Positions 19,537 to 27,510 of a DNA stretch of 59,746 bases are shown here, in pieces (within the stretch, counting starts at the first letter, position 1; each line of letters starts with the position of its first letter). The position numbers and the translations under genes were made by a program. The notes under the pieces were generated by a model. It had not been told where the DNA came from, did not search any database, and worked only from the letters and a program-made list of their open reading frames with translations. The stretch spans positions 1-59,746 of the IMG/VR virus record IMGVR_UViG_3300030060_003581; one strand, given 5' to 3'. Origin of the DNA: a virus (Duplodnaviria > Caudoviricetes).

Positions 19537-19962
19537 TCAAAGGTGGAACTCGTTCATTACCTCCTTCATCATGTTCAAGAGTTGTCCGTGTGTTCCCTGT
19601 TGGGTCACGAAATCAGCCAATTCGCTCTTGGTGTTGTTTATCTTCTCATCCAACTCGCTGATTGAGTTGTATATCTCCTTCTCAATGTTGATGTTAGCCA
19701 ATGCTTCACTCAGTTGTTCGTGTGTTACAGATGTTGTTTCTGCTTCAACTGCCGTGTCTTCCACATCATCCAATCTGCTGAACATACTGTCCACCTTTTC
19801 CCAAAGTGCATCTAATCTTGCCAATATGGCTTGTTGCACCTTGATACTTTGTTCCATCTTCACTTGCACAGTTCTCTCGATGTTAGGTTGTATCATGGTT
19901 ATTATCCATGCCAACATCGTATCGAGAACCGCTCTCTCGGTTGTTGTCGTCTTGTCGCTCAT
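19537..19962 (-). CDS. Coiled-coil hypothetical protein (cassette 1)
   Basis: MSDKTTTTER start with GGAGA RBS; upstream TATATAAG box and a 5' hairpin. Confidence 0.65.
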   Translation of the reverse strand: MSDKTTTTERAVLDTMLAWIITMIQPNIERTVQVKMEQSIKVQQAILARLDALWEKVDSMFSRLDDVEDTAVEAETTSVTHEQLSEALANINIEKEIYNSISELDEKINNTKSELADFVTQQGTHGQLLNMMKEVMNEFHL

Positions 19963-20124
19963 GCTTCTCAATCTCCAATTATTTCTTCGCCCTGCTTCGG
20001 GCATTTGGGACACGGGGGAGTTTGCTTATATATCCTCCCTCGATTTGCATTAGATTTTGCTTGTTTTACAGACATTTTTGATTCGCCGAGCAACAAATCA
20101 ACAGTATGTAAATAATGTATAAAC

Positions 20125-20144
20125 AGTCTTATACAATAATAAGG
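20125..20144. repeat. 20-bp inter-cassette repeat AGTCTTATACAATAATAAGG, copy 1
   Basis: Exact copies at 20518 and 21041; internal inverted repeat CTTAT-N6-ATAAG. Confidence 0.9.
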
Positions 20145-20159
20145 CATCTATACCCACAT

Positions 20160-20207
20160 AAAAAAAGAGAGAAAAAAAGAGAGAAGCGGGAGGCCGAAGC
20201 CCCCCGC
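20160..20207 (-). terminator. GC hairpin (UUCG loop) plus TCTCTCTTTTTTTCTCTCT tract
   Basis: Directly downstream of ORF 20224..20451. Confidence 0.7.
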
Positions 20208-20223
20208 CCCTCAAAGTCCCTGC

Positions 20224-20451
20224 TCAAGCAGGTCTGTTTAGGTAATATTCACTACCGTTGTCGGATTGCTCAATTTCCATGATTATATCATCAATCATGT
20301 TATCTTTCAATTCCTTGTATGACATGGTTGGATATTCCAACAATTGCCACCTTACGCTCTTTCTTAGGATTTCGCCTAAGTCACTGTCGCTCATGCTCTT
20401 AACAATCTCAACGATTGCTAATGCGTCTTTGTCTATTTTCTGTTCGCCCAC
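20224..20451 (-). CDS. Hypothetical protein (cassette 2)
   Basis: 75-aa ORF with its own TATATA box and terminator. Confidence 0.6.
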   Translation of the reverse strand: MGEQKIDKDALAIVEIVKSMSDSDLGEILRKSVRWQLLEYPTMSYKELKDNMIDDIIMEIEQSDNGSEYYLNRPA

Positions 20452-20517
20452 TTTGGTCGCCTCAATTTACCCGACAGGGTTTCCACATATATACCCTTCG
20501 ATTCTGATAATCTATAT

Positions 20518-20537
20518 AGTCTTATACAATAATAAGG
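20518..20537. repeat. 20-bp inter-cassette repeat, copy 2
   Basis: Identical to 20125-20144. Confidence 0.9.
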
Positions 20538-20582
20538 CTCGCTGTCCCACGAAAGGGAGAGAGAAAAAAAGAGAGAGAAAGG

Positions 20583-20665
20583 GGGGGCGTTTTGGCCTCA
20601 GTCGCCCCCGTGACCGCCTCCATCGGTCAACTGCGGAATCATTCCGGTGATTCGTTCCTCGCTTC
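20583..20665 (-). ncRNA. Unrecognised three-hairpin RNA motif, copy A
   Basis: GAATCA/TGATTC, then CGCAGT, then TGACCG/CGGTCA, then GGGGGCG-ACTGAGGCCAAAA-CGCCCCC; same architecture as 25187-25266. Confidence 0.6.
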
Positions 20666-20682
20666 TTAACATCAGTATGAAA

Positions 20683-20955
20683 TCAATTTTGTTGATTTCT
20701 GATAACTTCGGTTAAAGTGTCTCTAATTGCACACAGACTCAAGTCTGCTTCCTTCTTAGTCATACCTAAATAACGCCCTAGGTATAGTTGGTTGTGCCTG
20801 CGCTCTTTGGTGATAACCCATAACTTGAATGAAATCCCGTTATATTTTGAACCAATCTCCAAATGCAGTTCGTCCGTGCTTTCAATTATACCTAATACTG
20901 TGAGTTTATCCTCAATGATTGAAGTAGTCGCTTTTAACACTCTTTCAGTTGCCAT
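20683..20955 (-). CDS. Hypothetical protein (cassette 3)
   Basis: Start MATERVLK after a GGAGGTGA RBS. Confidence 0.65.
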   Translation of the reverse strand: MATERVLKATTSIIEDKLTVLGIIESTDELHLEIGSKYNGISFKLWVITKERRHNQLYLGRYLGMTKKEADLSLCAIRDTLTEVIRNQQN

Positions 20956-21040
20956 ATTCTTTCTCACCTCCCCGCCTGTGTCTCGTCGGATATTATGAAC
21001 AGCCAAGCCATAGTATATGAAGCCAGCGACTCTAACATAT

Positions 21041-21060
21041 AGTCTTATACAATAATAAGG
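21041..21060. repeat. 20-bp inter-cassette repeat, copy 3
   Basis: Identical to 20125-20144. Confidence 0.9.
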
Positions 21061-21076
21061 ATATTTGCACTCCACA

Positions 21077-21134
21077 AAGGAGAGAGAAAAAAAGAGAGAG
21101 AAGCCCCCCACCCCGCCGAAGTGGGATGAGGGGC
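21077..21134 (-). terminator. GC hairpin plus polypyrimidine tract
   Basis: Same TCTCTCTCTTTTTTTCTCTCTCC tract as at 20160 and 20556. Confidence 0.65.
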
Positions 21135-21179
21135 GAAATCGACAATTTTGTCGTATACAATACTACTACCTACCAAGAA

Positions 21180-21518
21180 TCAAATCTTGTATAGGGATAG
21201 GTTCCAAGCGTTACCTAGTTCGTAATAGTAGCCTTCTTTTTCTAGTATGTCACTGAACTCTAACTGAAGTTTAGCATCGTGTTCGCTAAACCAAGCATCG
21301 TTCATTACTGCATACAGTCCACCTTCAAAGGACATGCTGATGGTGTCATCATTAGCATACTCGAAATAATCACTGCCCTTAATGTCGGTTAGGACAGTAT
21401 AGTTACCGTCGCTATTGTAATCCCAGCATCTATTATTCCAATATATCCTTGTATCGTGATAGATTTCATGTCTCTTTAGGAAACGATGAATCTTCATTAC
21501 TAACGCATATTTTCTCAT
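21180..21518 (-). CDS. Hypothetical protein (cassette 4)
   Basis: 112-aa ORF with a CAGGAGGT RBS. Confidence 0.7.
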   Translation of the reverse strand: MRKYALVMKIHRFLKRHEIYHDTRIYWNNRCWDYNSDGNYTVLTDIKGSDYFEYANDDTISMSFEGGLYAVMNDAWFSEHDAKLQLEFSDILEKEGYYYELGNAWNLSLYKI

Positions 21519-21845
21519 TTGTTATACCTCCTGTTGTTTGCTCCAACAATACACCCGAGGAGGCTCTTGCATATAATATGTCCGTCAAGTATAGTTGCGC
21601 TATAACGCACCATAGTAGTATGTGTATGTATAGGGAGAGAGAGTTTTCTATATATCTTATAGTAGTAAGTCTTATGTGGCAAATTGCCGTTGGGAGAGAG
21701 AAAAAGAGAGAGAAAAGTTGGTTGAAATCGGCTATTTTGTTATTTTTTGTTATCTTTTTTTTACCACCAAAACCGTTGCACTGCATAATTGTCTATTGAA
21801 TCTATATAGATGAAGTTTATACCAAATCGTGTATTCGCTTACATT

Positions 21846-22183
21846 GTCGGGGGCGACCCCGACCGAAGCAACTTGCGGCATCATCGGGTTCACTCCGAGA
21901 AGGCCACTCGATTGGGGGTTCGCTCTCAACACAAGTCCTTGGGCTGGATACCCAAGGCACTCTAGGTATCGCCACAGGCCACAGTCGCTAGAGGGGAGTG
22001 ACACCACTCAATGTGAGGGTATGCAAATCAGCATATGTCGAACACTGATTAACACAGTGTTACACTACGAATATTCTCAGTGGACTGAGCCGTAGTGATT
22101 TGTGACAAACCAAGACCAAGTGGGGAATCACTCCCACCTATTCATTCAATCCTATTCCTTTGATTGAGGAGATTCCTCAATCG
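21846..22183 (+). ncRNA. Highly structured ~340-nt leader or ncRNA
   Basis: At least 10 consecutive hairpins, including GCGA (GNRA) and UUCG tetraloops with G-U pairs favouring the + strand; TTTATA box at 21816. Confidence 0.6.
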
Positions 22184-22200
22184 TTTATCACAGTCCAACT

Positions 22201-24753
22201 ATGGACAAGGAGATGCAAAATATGTATGCAGCAAACGGAACAGGCGACAGTGTGGTAGGACTACTTCCACTTCTATGGGTATTCATGCTCATGGCAGCGG
22301 TAGTCATTACCATCACTAGAAACAGAATGAATAGACAGATGACAAAGCGTATCGGCTTAGAACTTGAAGTTATCAAGCAAGCACATGCCCGAGAAAGCCC
22401 AAATCAAAAACTTGCTACTTGGCTTGAAATCAAGGGCAAGGAATGGCGACAAATGCAAAAGGAATCATCCTTATTGCATAAACTCAAAGTTCGCTTCATG
22501 GGATACACCCATGAGGTAATTAGTGGCACTAAAATCGTCACTGATTCGTCACTAAATAGTGGCGGCATTGAGATAGTATCACCACCTTTGGAGGGCAATA
22601 ATGCTGATGAATGGATAGACCAAATAGCCTACGGGCTGAAAGGTGTTGCCAATGTTGACTCGTCAACGGGACTTCACCTTCATATTGGACTTAGAGCCCC
22701 GAGTAATAATTGGAGTTCGCATGAATCAGATATTCTAGGGTTAACGGAAGGTAGCGAATACCGTCATGGCTTTTACTTAGCCAAAGCGGTTCTAGGTGCG
22801 ACATTGTTGACCGTTGCTCTATGGCAGCCGGTCTATAACCGAATGGTGGCTAAGTCACGACGAAACGGTCAGTGGAGTCGTGATGTATCCTTCATCCTAG
22901 GCAAATCATTTGTCTCAAGATACTTCCATGAACACAAGGAAAACGGCTACGATGCGGATAAACATGTTCGCTTCCTAAACAAAGTCGCAGACTACTTCAT
23001 TGGAAATGGAGATAGATATTATTGCGTTAATTCGCAAGCCTTTGAGCGATATGGAACCATTGAGTTCCGCAGCCATCAAGGCACAACCAATGCTCGCAAA
23101 ATCAAGGGCTGGGTTGATATGCACTATTTGTTAGTTCAACGATGCACAAATGAGTCGTGGTTAGACATTTTAGACTATAACCATGAATCAATCACAGACT
23201 TCTTTGGGTTCTTAGGAGTGTCACCATCAGACGACCTGTTTAGGCAGCAAGTCAGAAGGATTCGCAAACTAAACCCAAACAATCTCAATACAGTGTTTCA
23301 GCATGACCCACAACTAGGACTAGAACATCTATTCCAACACAGTGATTCATGCTCGGTATGCAAGTCAACAACTTGCGACCACGATGATGAATGCGGTTCT
23401 AAACCAAGTGTCAAACTTGGCAATCAAATCGCAAGGCATTTCGTCCAAAGTCGTCACATGAACTGTGATAACTGTGGTGAATACTCACTGCGAGATATAG
23501 AGCGAGGCGGATATGACATAGATTGGTATGACAATCATGCCGATGCTTACTGTCCGTCGTGTGATACTATACGGTCATTCTCAATGTCAACTACTTGGCT
23601 TGGTGGACTGTTCTTGTCACTAATGTTTGGTATCAGCCCAATGCTACTACTTACGGTAGGGTGTGGGATTGGTGCTATTCATGTAGCAAGGCGAAAGTTC
23701 CGAGAGCGAAACCTAGCAACCAAGTTGCTTAGGGCACTTCAAGTGAGAGGCGGCCAAGCCGCTGGATATGCCTTCAACAAAGGCAAGCAAGTCTTCTATC
23801 TGAAAATGGCAAGACCTGCTTCCTATGTAGCAAACAAAATCCGAAAGGACATTACTCCCAAGGAAACAAATTGGTGGCTCGGTCACACAAGGTTCGCTAC
23901 TCATGGAGCAAACAATGACAAGAATGCACACCCACATTTTAGTCGTGAAGTGGATATAACCCTAGTTCACAACGGGGTAGTTCACAACCACGACGATGTG
24001 TGGAAGGCACTCGGCCAAGAGCCAACCGGCGAGGTTGATTCACAGGCCGTAGCACAGTGCTTACAGGTCGGTGGCATCGAGGAAGTTGTCAAACACTGCG
24101 AAGGGTCAATGTCACTCATATGGCATGACAAACGCAGCGGAGAAGGCACTCTGAAATGTTGGACTAACGGTGGAAATCCATTAGTCATGGGTCGAATAGA
24201 CGATAGCAAGACGGGTGCGGTAGTAATCGCATCAACTGAGGCTATACTCAAGCAAGCCGTCGGCAAGCGACTCAAGACCTCATGGGATGCTACCATAGGC
24301 CGTGAATACACAATCCAAGCAGATGGAACGATAACCAAGCGTGACATTGAGGGTAGTGAAGCAACGGCTGGTATCACATACGATTGGAGGACATACACAT
24401 ATCTCCCCAAGAAGACAGTTACCAAAGGTGGCAAGCAAACTCCCGTCAAGAAGCAATCAAAACCGAAGCCGGTTAGGAAATACAAGCCTAGGCCGCCAAG
24501 GTGGGTTGTTGACCAAGCCAAGTCCGACTTAGAACTTGGCGAAATGGGCTTCCCAAGCCGAGCCGGTTATCACGGCTATGACGCCAAGAAGCACATGGGA
24601 GTTCGTCCCGATGGTGGCATGTATGACCTACCACAATATCTGAACCCATACGCATATGCGGATGACCTAGTGGAAGTCCTTCGGGGCGACCATGAGGGAT
24701 TCGTAGCGACCAATTGGGATTCATGCGAGTGGCGTGACTACTACATCAACTGA
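22201..24753 (+). CDS. Membrane-anchored amidoligase (COOH-NH2 ligase type) fused to class II glutamine amidotransferase
   Basis: IGLELE, DSSL, EIVSPPL, GLHLHIG, RYYCVN, TIEFRSHQGT amidoligase motifs; Zn-finger Cys pairs; TM segments; CGIG, RG..AAG, GHTRFATHG, NAHPH, HNG, DS GATase-II motifs. Confidence 0.85.
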   Translation: MDKEMQNMYAANGTGDSVVGLLPLLWVFMLMAAVVITITRNRMNRQMTKRIGLELEVIKQAHARESPNQKLATWLEIKGKEWRQMQKESSLLHKLKVRFMGYTHEVISGTKIVTDSSLNSGGIEIVSPPLEGNNADEWIDQIAYGLKGVANVDSSTGLHLHIGLRAPSNNWSSHESDILGLTEGSEYRHGFYLAKAVLGATLLTVALWQPVYNRMVAKSRRNGQWSRDVSFILGKSFVSRYFHEHKENGYDADKHVRFLNKVADYFIGNGDRYYCVNSQAFERYGTIEFRSHQGTTNARKIKGWVDMHYLLVQRCTNESWLDILDYNHESITDFFGFLGVSPSDDLFRQQVRRIRKLNPNNLNTVFQHDPQLGLEHLFQHSDSCSVCKSTTCDHDDECGSKPSVKLGNQIARHFVQSRHMNCDNCGEYSLRDIERGGYDIDWYDNHADAYCPSCDTIRSFSMSTTWLGGLFLSLMFGISPMLLLTVGCGIGAIHVARRKFRERNLATKLLRALQVRGGQAAGYAFNKGKQVFYLKMARPASYVANKIRKDITPKETNWWLGHTRFATHGANNDKNAHPHFSREVDITLVHNGVVHNHDDVWKALGQEPTGEVDSQAVAQCLQVGGIEEVVKHCEGSMSLIWHDKRSGEGTLKCWTNGGNPLVMGRIDDSKTGAVVIASTEAILKQAVGKRLKTSWDATIGREYTIQADGTITKRDIEGSEATAGITYDWRTYTYLPKKTVTKGGKQTPVKKQSKPKPVRKYKPRPPRWVVDQAKSDLELGEMGFPSRAGYHGYDAKKHMGVRPDGGMYDLPQYLNPYAYADDLVEVLRGDHEGFVATNWDSCEWRDYYIN

Positions 24754-24806
24754 GCATCTGTCTATCACTAATGCCTAGCAAGATAAACCGCAAATGCGGT
24801 CTTTCG

Positions 24807-24836
24807 GATGGTGGGGGTGTTCGCACCCCCATCATC
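24807..24836 (+). other. 13-bp UUCG hairpin after the amidoligase gene
   Basis: GATGGTGGGGGTG-TTCG-CACCCCCATCATC. Confidence 0.65.
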
Positions 24837-24883
24837 CTCCCAACCAACTCCTTGTCTGAATATCCTTTATCCAACTCCCTACG

Positions 24884-25165
24884 GTGAGCATTATGGTAAA
24901 ACGAAACATAACCATGAAGTTCTGCCCGATGGTCGAGTGTGCCAAGATAACGCCACACTCATATGACGACGGTAGCAAGCAAGTCGAATGCGACGGTGCT
25001 TGTTCAGTCAGACGCCAAGAACAATGGCGACTATCAGTGCAGAAGCAAGAGCAACCAAAGCCGAAACCTAAGCCGGAATACAAGTTGGTTATACCACCCG
25101 AGTATAGCCACATGACGGCTGAGGAATACGAGGAATACCTACGCAGTTATCTGTGGGAAGGTTGA
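24884..25165 (+). CDS. Zn-ribbon-like hypothetical protein
   Basis: CPMVEC...CDGAC; GGTGA RBS suggests a start at the nearby ATG (MVKRN). Confidence 0.55.
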   Translation: MSIMVKRNITMKFCPMVECAKITPHSYDDGSKQVECDGACSVRRQEQWRLSVQKQEQPKPKPKPEYKLVIPPEYSHMTAEEYEEYLRSYLWEG

Positions 25166-25186
25166 ATCGTAACTTCGGTAATTTGA

Positions 25187-25266
25187 GAGGAAATGGAACT
25201 ACCCCTGCCTTATGGGGTCGCAGTTGGCTTTGAGGTAGCCAAGGCCGGACTGAGGACAAAACCGGC
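25187..25266 (+). ncRNA. Unrecognised three-hairpin RNA motif, copy B
   Basis: ACCCC/GGGGT, then CGCAGT, then TGGCT/AGCCA, then GCCGG-ACTGAGGACAAAA-CCGGC. Confidence 0.6.
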
Positions 25267-25312
25267 ATCCAATTCACAATTTCCTACTCCCTAACGGGAG
25301 GGTGAACATAAC

Positions 25313-25480
25313 ATGGGGCGAAAGCAAGTTAACCCGCAAGCGAGAGCAAAACAAGTGTCGGTATCACTACCGACATTCATCATTGAAATGATGGATGAAC
25401 AGTGTGCTAAGACCGGAATAAAACGGTCAACGATTATGCTACATGCACTTGAATTGTATCTTGGCATCGGTCAAAACTGA
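25313..25480 (+). CDS. Ribbon-helix-helix (CopG/Arc-like) DNA-binding protein, 55 aa
   Basis: Not in track; MGRKQVNPQARAKQVSVSLPTFIIEMMDEQCAKTGIKRSTIMLHALELYL; GGAGGGTGA RBS. Confidence 0.8.
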   Translation: MGRKQVNPQARAKQVSVSLPTFIIEMMDEQCAKTGIKRSTIMLHALELYLGIGQN

Positions 25481-25510
25481 AACCAACCATTGAACACACC
25501 CCCAACAAAC

Positions 25511-25722
25511 CCACTGATAGTGGTCTCCTCCAAGGAGGAAGATAATCCACACAGATGTGTGGCCGAGAATGGGCGTAATCTCGGACATCAACCGCCCCAT
25601 CACATTCACAATAGATTAGCAGGGATTTTTTCTGTTTTCTGTTACCCTGCGAATCTAGTCGAGAGGGGTCGAGGGGACTATTCACCCCCTCGGCCTCTCA
25701 CCATTTTACTGTTATTTTTTTT
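25511..25722 (+). ncRNA. Structured 3' RNA ending in a U-tract
   Basis: Six hairpins (e.g. CCACAC/GTGTGG, CCGAGA/TCTCGG, GCAGGG/CCCTGC) followed by TTATTTTTTTT. Confidence 0.5.
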
Positions 25723-25757
25723 AGTAGTATATGTAAGATAGTATGAAGGGGAAAAAG

Positions 25758-26035
25758 GAGAGAGAGAGAGAGAGAGAGAGAGAAAGTTACGAGAGAGAGA
25801 GGTCTTACTTAGTAAGACTTGCAGATTTGCGCTGCCCATATACGAAAGAGAATCGGGACAGGAAAAGGGGGGAAATGGATTGGGGGCTGGCATTAAAATA
25901 AGTCTTAGTAAGACGAGAGAGAGAGCGTCCCATCCCCTTGAGAGAGCGTTTCGTTAGAGAGAGAAAGGTAAGTCTTACATAGTAAGACTGAGAGAGAGAA
26001 TATAAACTTTACGGAAAGAGTCGAATTAGAGAGAA
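25758..26035. repeat. (GA)13 microsatellite, further GA tracts and three GTCTTA..TAAGAC palindromes
   Basis: (GA)13 at 25758-25783; palindromes at 25802-25818, 25902-25914 and 25971-25989. Confidence 0.85.
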
Positions 26036-26351
26036 AACGAGGCACTGCGAGCCTATATCTGCAAGAATCTGAGCAAAAATGCAAAAAATCTCGGCAATTG
26101 TGTATGATGGAGTAGGTAAATCAGGTGTTTCTAGCAACACCTAGTATCTCCTACTACCACCTACATTGAAGTAACAACTCCCACGATTTCCGCACGAACT
26201 CGGCAAATCCGGCGACACACCCACAAGGCCAGCCGAAATCTATACATACACAACGGCGCAGTGTGCGCCCCGACCTATCAAACTTTAACTACCAACTACG
26301 CCAACAACTTGATATACCGGCAGCCCCCTAATTAGAAGCAAGGTGAGCAAG

Positions 26352-26465
26352 ATGAACCAACTAACAAACATAAAAACTAGCGAGTGCGGAATATACTGCG
26401 CTACTTGTAACTACAATGTAGCCTTTTGGTCGCACGAAACTTGCGAGAAGGAGGAATTGGCATGA
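26352..26465 (+). CDS. Small Cys-containing early protein (37 aa)
   Basis: Not in track; AGGTGAG RBS and upstream early-promoter motif. Confidence 0.45.
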   Translation: MNQLTNIKTSECGIYCATCNYNVAFWSHETCEKEELA

Positions 26466-26570
26466 TTCGAGTCAACCACAAGATTTGGGCGGTTTGGGTC
26501 GTGGTAACACTGCCAATCGCTATACTGAACCTGCTTTTGTATATCACAGGAGTAGTTCAACTAAAGTAAA

Positions 26571-26649
26571 GTATATATAGGGGCAACCCCCATATACTAA
26601 ACATGGGGCGACACCCGCCCCGACACAGAAAAAAACAGGAGGAATATAC
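26571..26649 (+). promoter_or_regulatory. Early promoter, stem-loop and RBS module
   Basis: GTATATATAGGGGCAACCCCCATAT, GGGGCG/CGCCCC hairpin, ACAGGAGGAAT; related copies at 26311, 27444, 28120, 30420 and about 31320. Confidence 0.7.
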
Positions 26650-26826
26650 ATGGAAAAAACATACACAGTAACAATAACATACGAAGCAACAATAACGACC
26701 GAACAGACCGCAGAGGACATTGAGAATGCCCTTTGGGTAGGCGACCTTGAGATAGGACGGTTAGACATTATGCCAAGCACAAGCATTCGTGGAGATGCGG
26801 TGGACTACGACATACAGGAGGAATAA
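26650..26826 (+). CDS. Hypothetical early protein (58 aa)
   Basis: Not in track; MEKTYTVTITYEAT...QEE; strong RBS. Confidence 0.6.
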   Translation: MEKTYTVTITYEATITTEQTAEDIENALWVGDLEIGRLDIMPSTSIRGDAVDYDIQEE

Positions 26827-26828
26827 AC

Positions 26829-27161
26829 ATGACACCTAGGGCAACAACAGTTACAGAACTAGAGCAGATGCTAGGAAAAGTTCAGCACGAACTAGACAAC
26901 ATAAATGAGTCTAGCATACCGCAGGGCAGCCTACTCTTTTGGAAGGTGGCTCTTGAGACACAGATACGAGACATAGGGGAATCTAAGAGTAAAATACCTT
27001 CGGACTTCACTCAGACATCGGACTTCAATGAGAACGGCTGGCTTGACGATGTGATATATGTTGAGGGTCAAGCGTATCGGGCGGGTTACGGCAGACCTAG
27101 AACTTTCAGACACAGAAGGATTCTGAGACCCATACCAAGGAATGAGGGGGACTCACAATGA
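26829..27161 (+). CDS. Hypothetical early protein
   Basis: ORF with GGAGG RBS. Confidence 0.65.
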   Translation: MTPRATTVTELEQMLGKVQHELDNINESSIPQGSLLFWKVALETQIRDIGESKSKIPSDFTQTSDFNENGWLDDVIYVEGQAYRAGYGRPRTFRHRRILRPIPRNEGDSQ

Positions 27162-27346
27162 TGACAGACATGAGAGGAATTGCTGGCGTGTGGATTGACC
27201 TACATGGCCGCAAGGTATTCAAACACAAGATTGACAACACTCAGTATGCGCCTACAAACGCTTACGGTGGCAATAGCACATGGTATCTGATGATTGAGCA
27301 AGATGGTCGGACTTGGCTTTGGGACGGCTGGATTACGGAGGGATGA
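27158..27346 (+). CDS. Hypothetical early protein
   Basis: ORF overlapping the previous stop. Confidence 0.55.
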   Translation: MMTDMRGIAGVWIDLHGRKVFKHKIDNTQYAPTNAYGGNSTWYLMIEQDGRTWLWDGWITEG

Positions 27347-27443
27347 AAAATGTCAGCGTGGTTACACATACAACAGGCTTACAAATGCCGCAACTGCGGC
27401 GAAGTCAAACTGAGGCATTCGTGGGAAAAATGCGATTGCCAAA

Positions 27444-27510
27444 GTATATATAGGGGAAGCCCCCATATTACAAATAGAGGCGGGACACCTGCCAACAAGG
27501 AGGAATGAAC
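27444..27510 (+). promoter_or_regulatory. Early promoter, stem-loop and RBS module
   Basis: GTATATATAGGGGAAGCCCCCATATT, GGCGGG/CCTGCC hairpin, AAGGAGGAAT. Confidence 0.7.

Noticed and set aside
20125-21060. CRISPR array or TIGR-like guide array
   Set aside because: The repeats are 400-520 bp apart and enclose whole genes. No regular short spacers, no Cas1/Cas2 or Nop-domain protein seen; the Cas4-like gene is a solo nuclease in the replication cluster
21449-22095. ORFs 21449..21799, 21466..21786, 21750..22007 and 21829..22095
   Set aside because: They overlap promoters, GA tracts and hairpin-dense sequence, lack an RBS and have atypical composition; non-coding interpretation preferred
25244-25266. 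Hammerhead ribozyme (CTGAGGA resembles CUGANGA)
   Set aside because: No stem II-GAAA or stem III-UH arrangement, and copy A reads CTGAGGC
25187-25290. tRNA gene (three hairpins, cloverleaf-like)
   Set aside because: No TTC T-loop, D-loop GG, 7-bp acceptor stem or 7-nt anticodon arm geometry; no tRNA recognised anywhere in the window
25434-25893. ORFs 25434..25685, 25490..25741 and 25678..25893
   Set aside because: They run through structured RNA and microsatellite; no RBS
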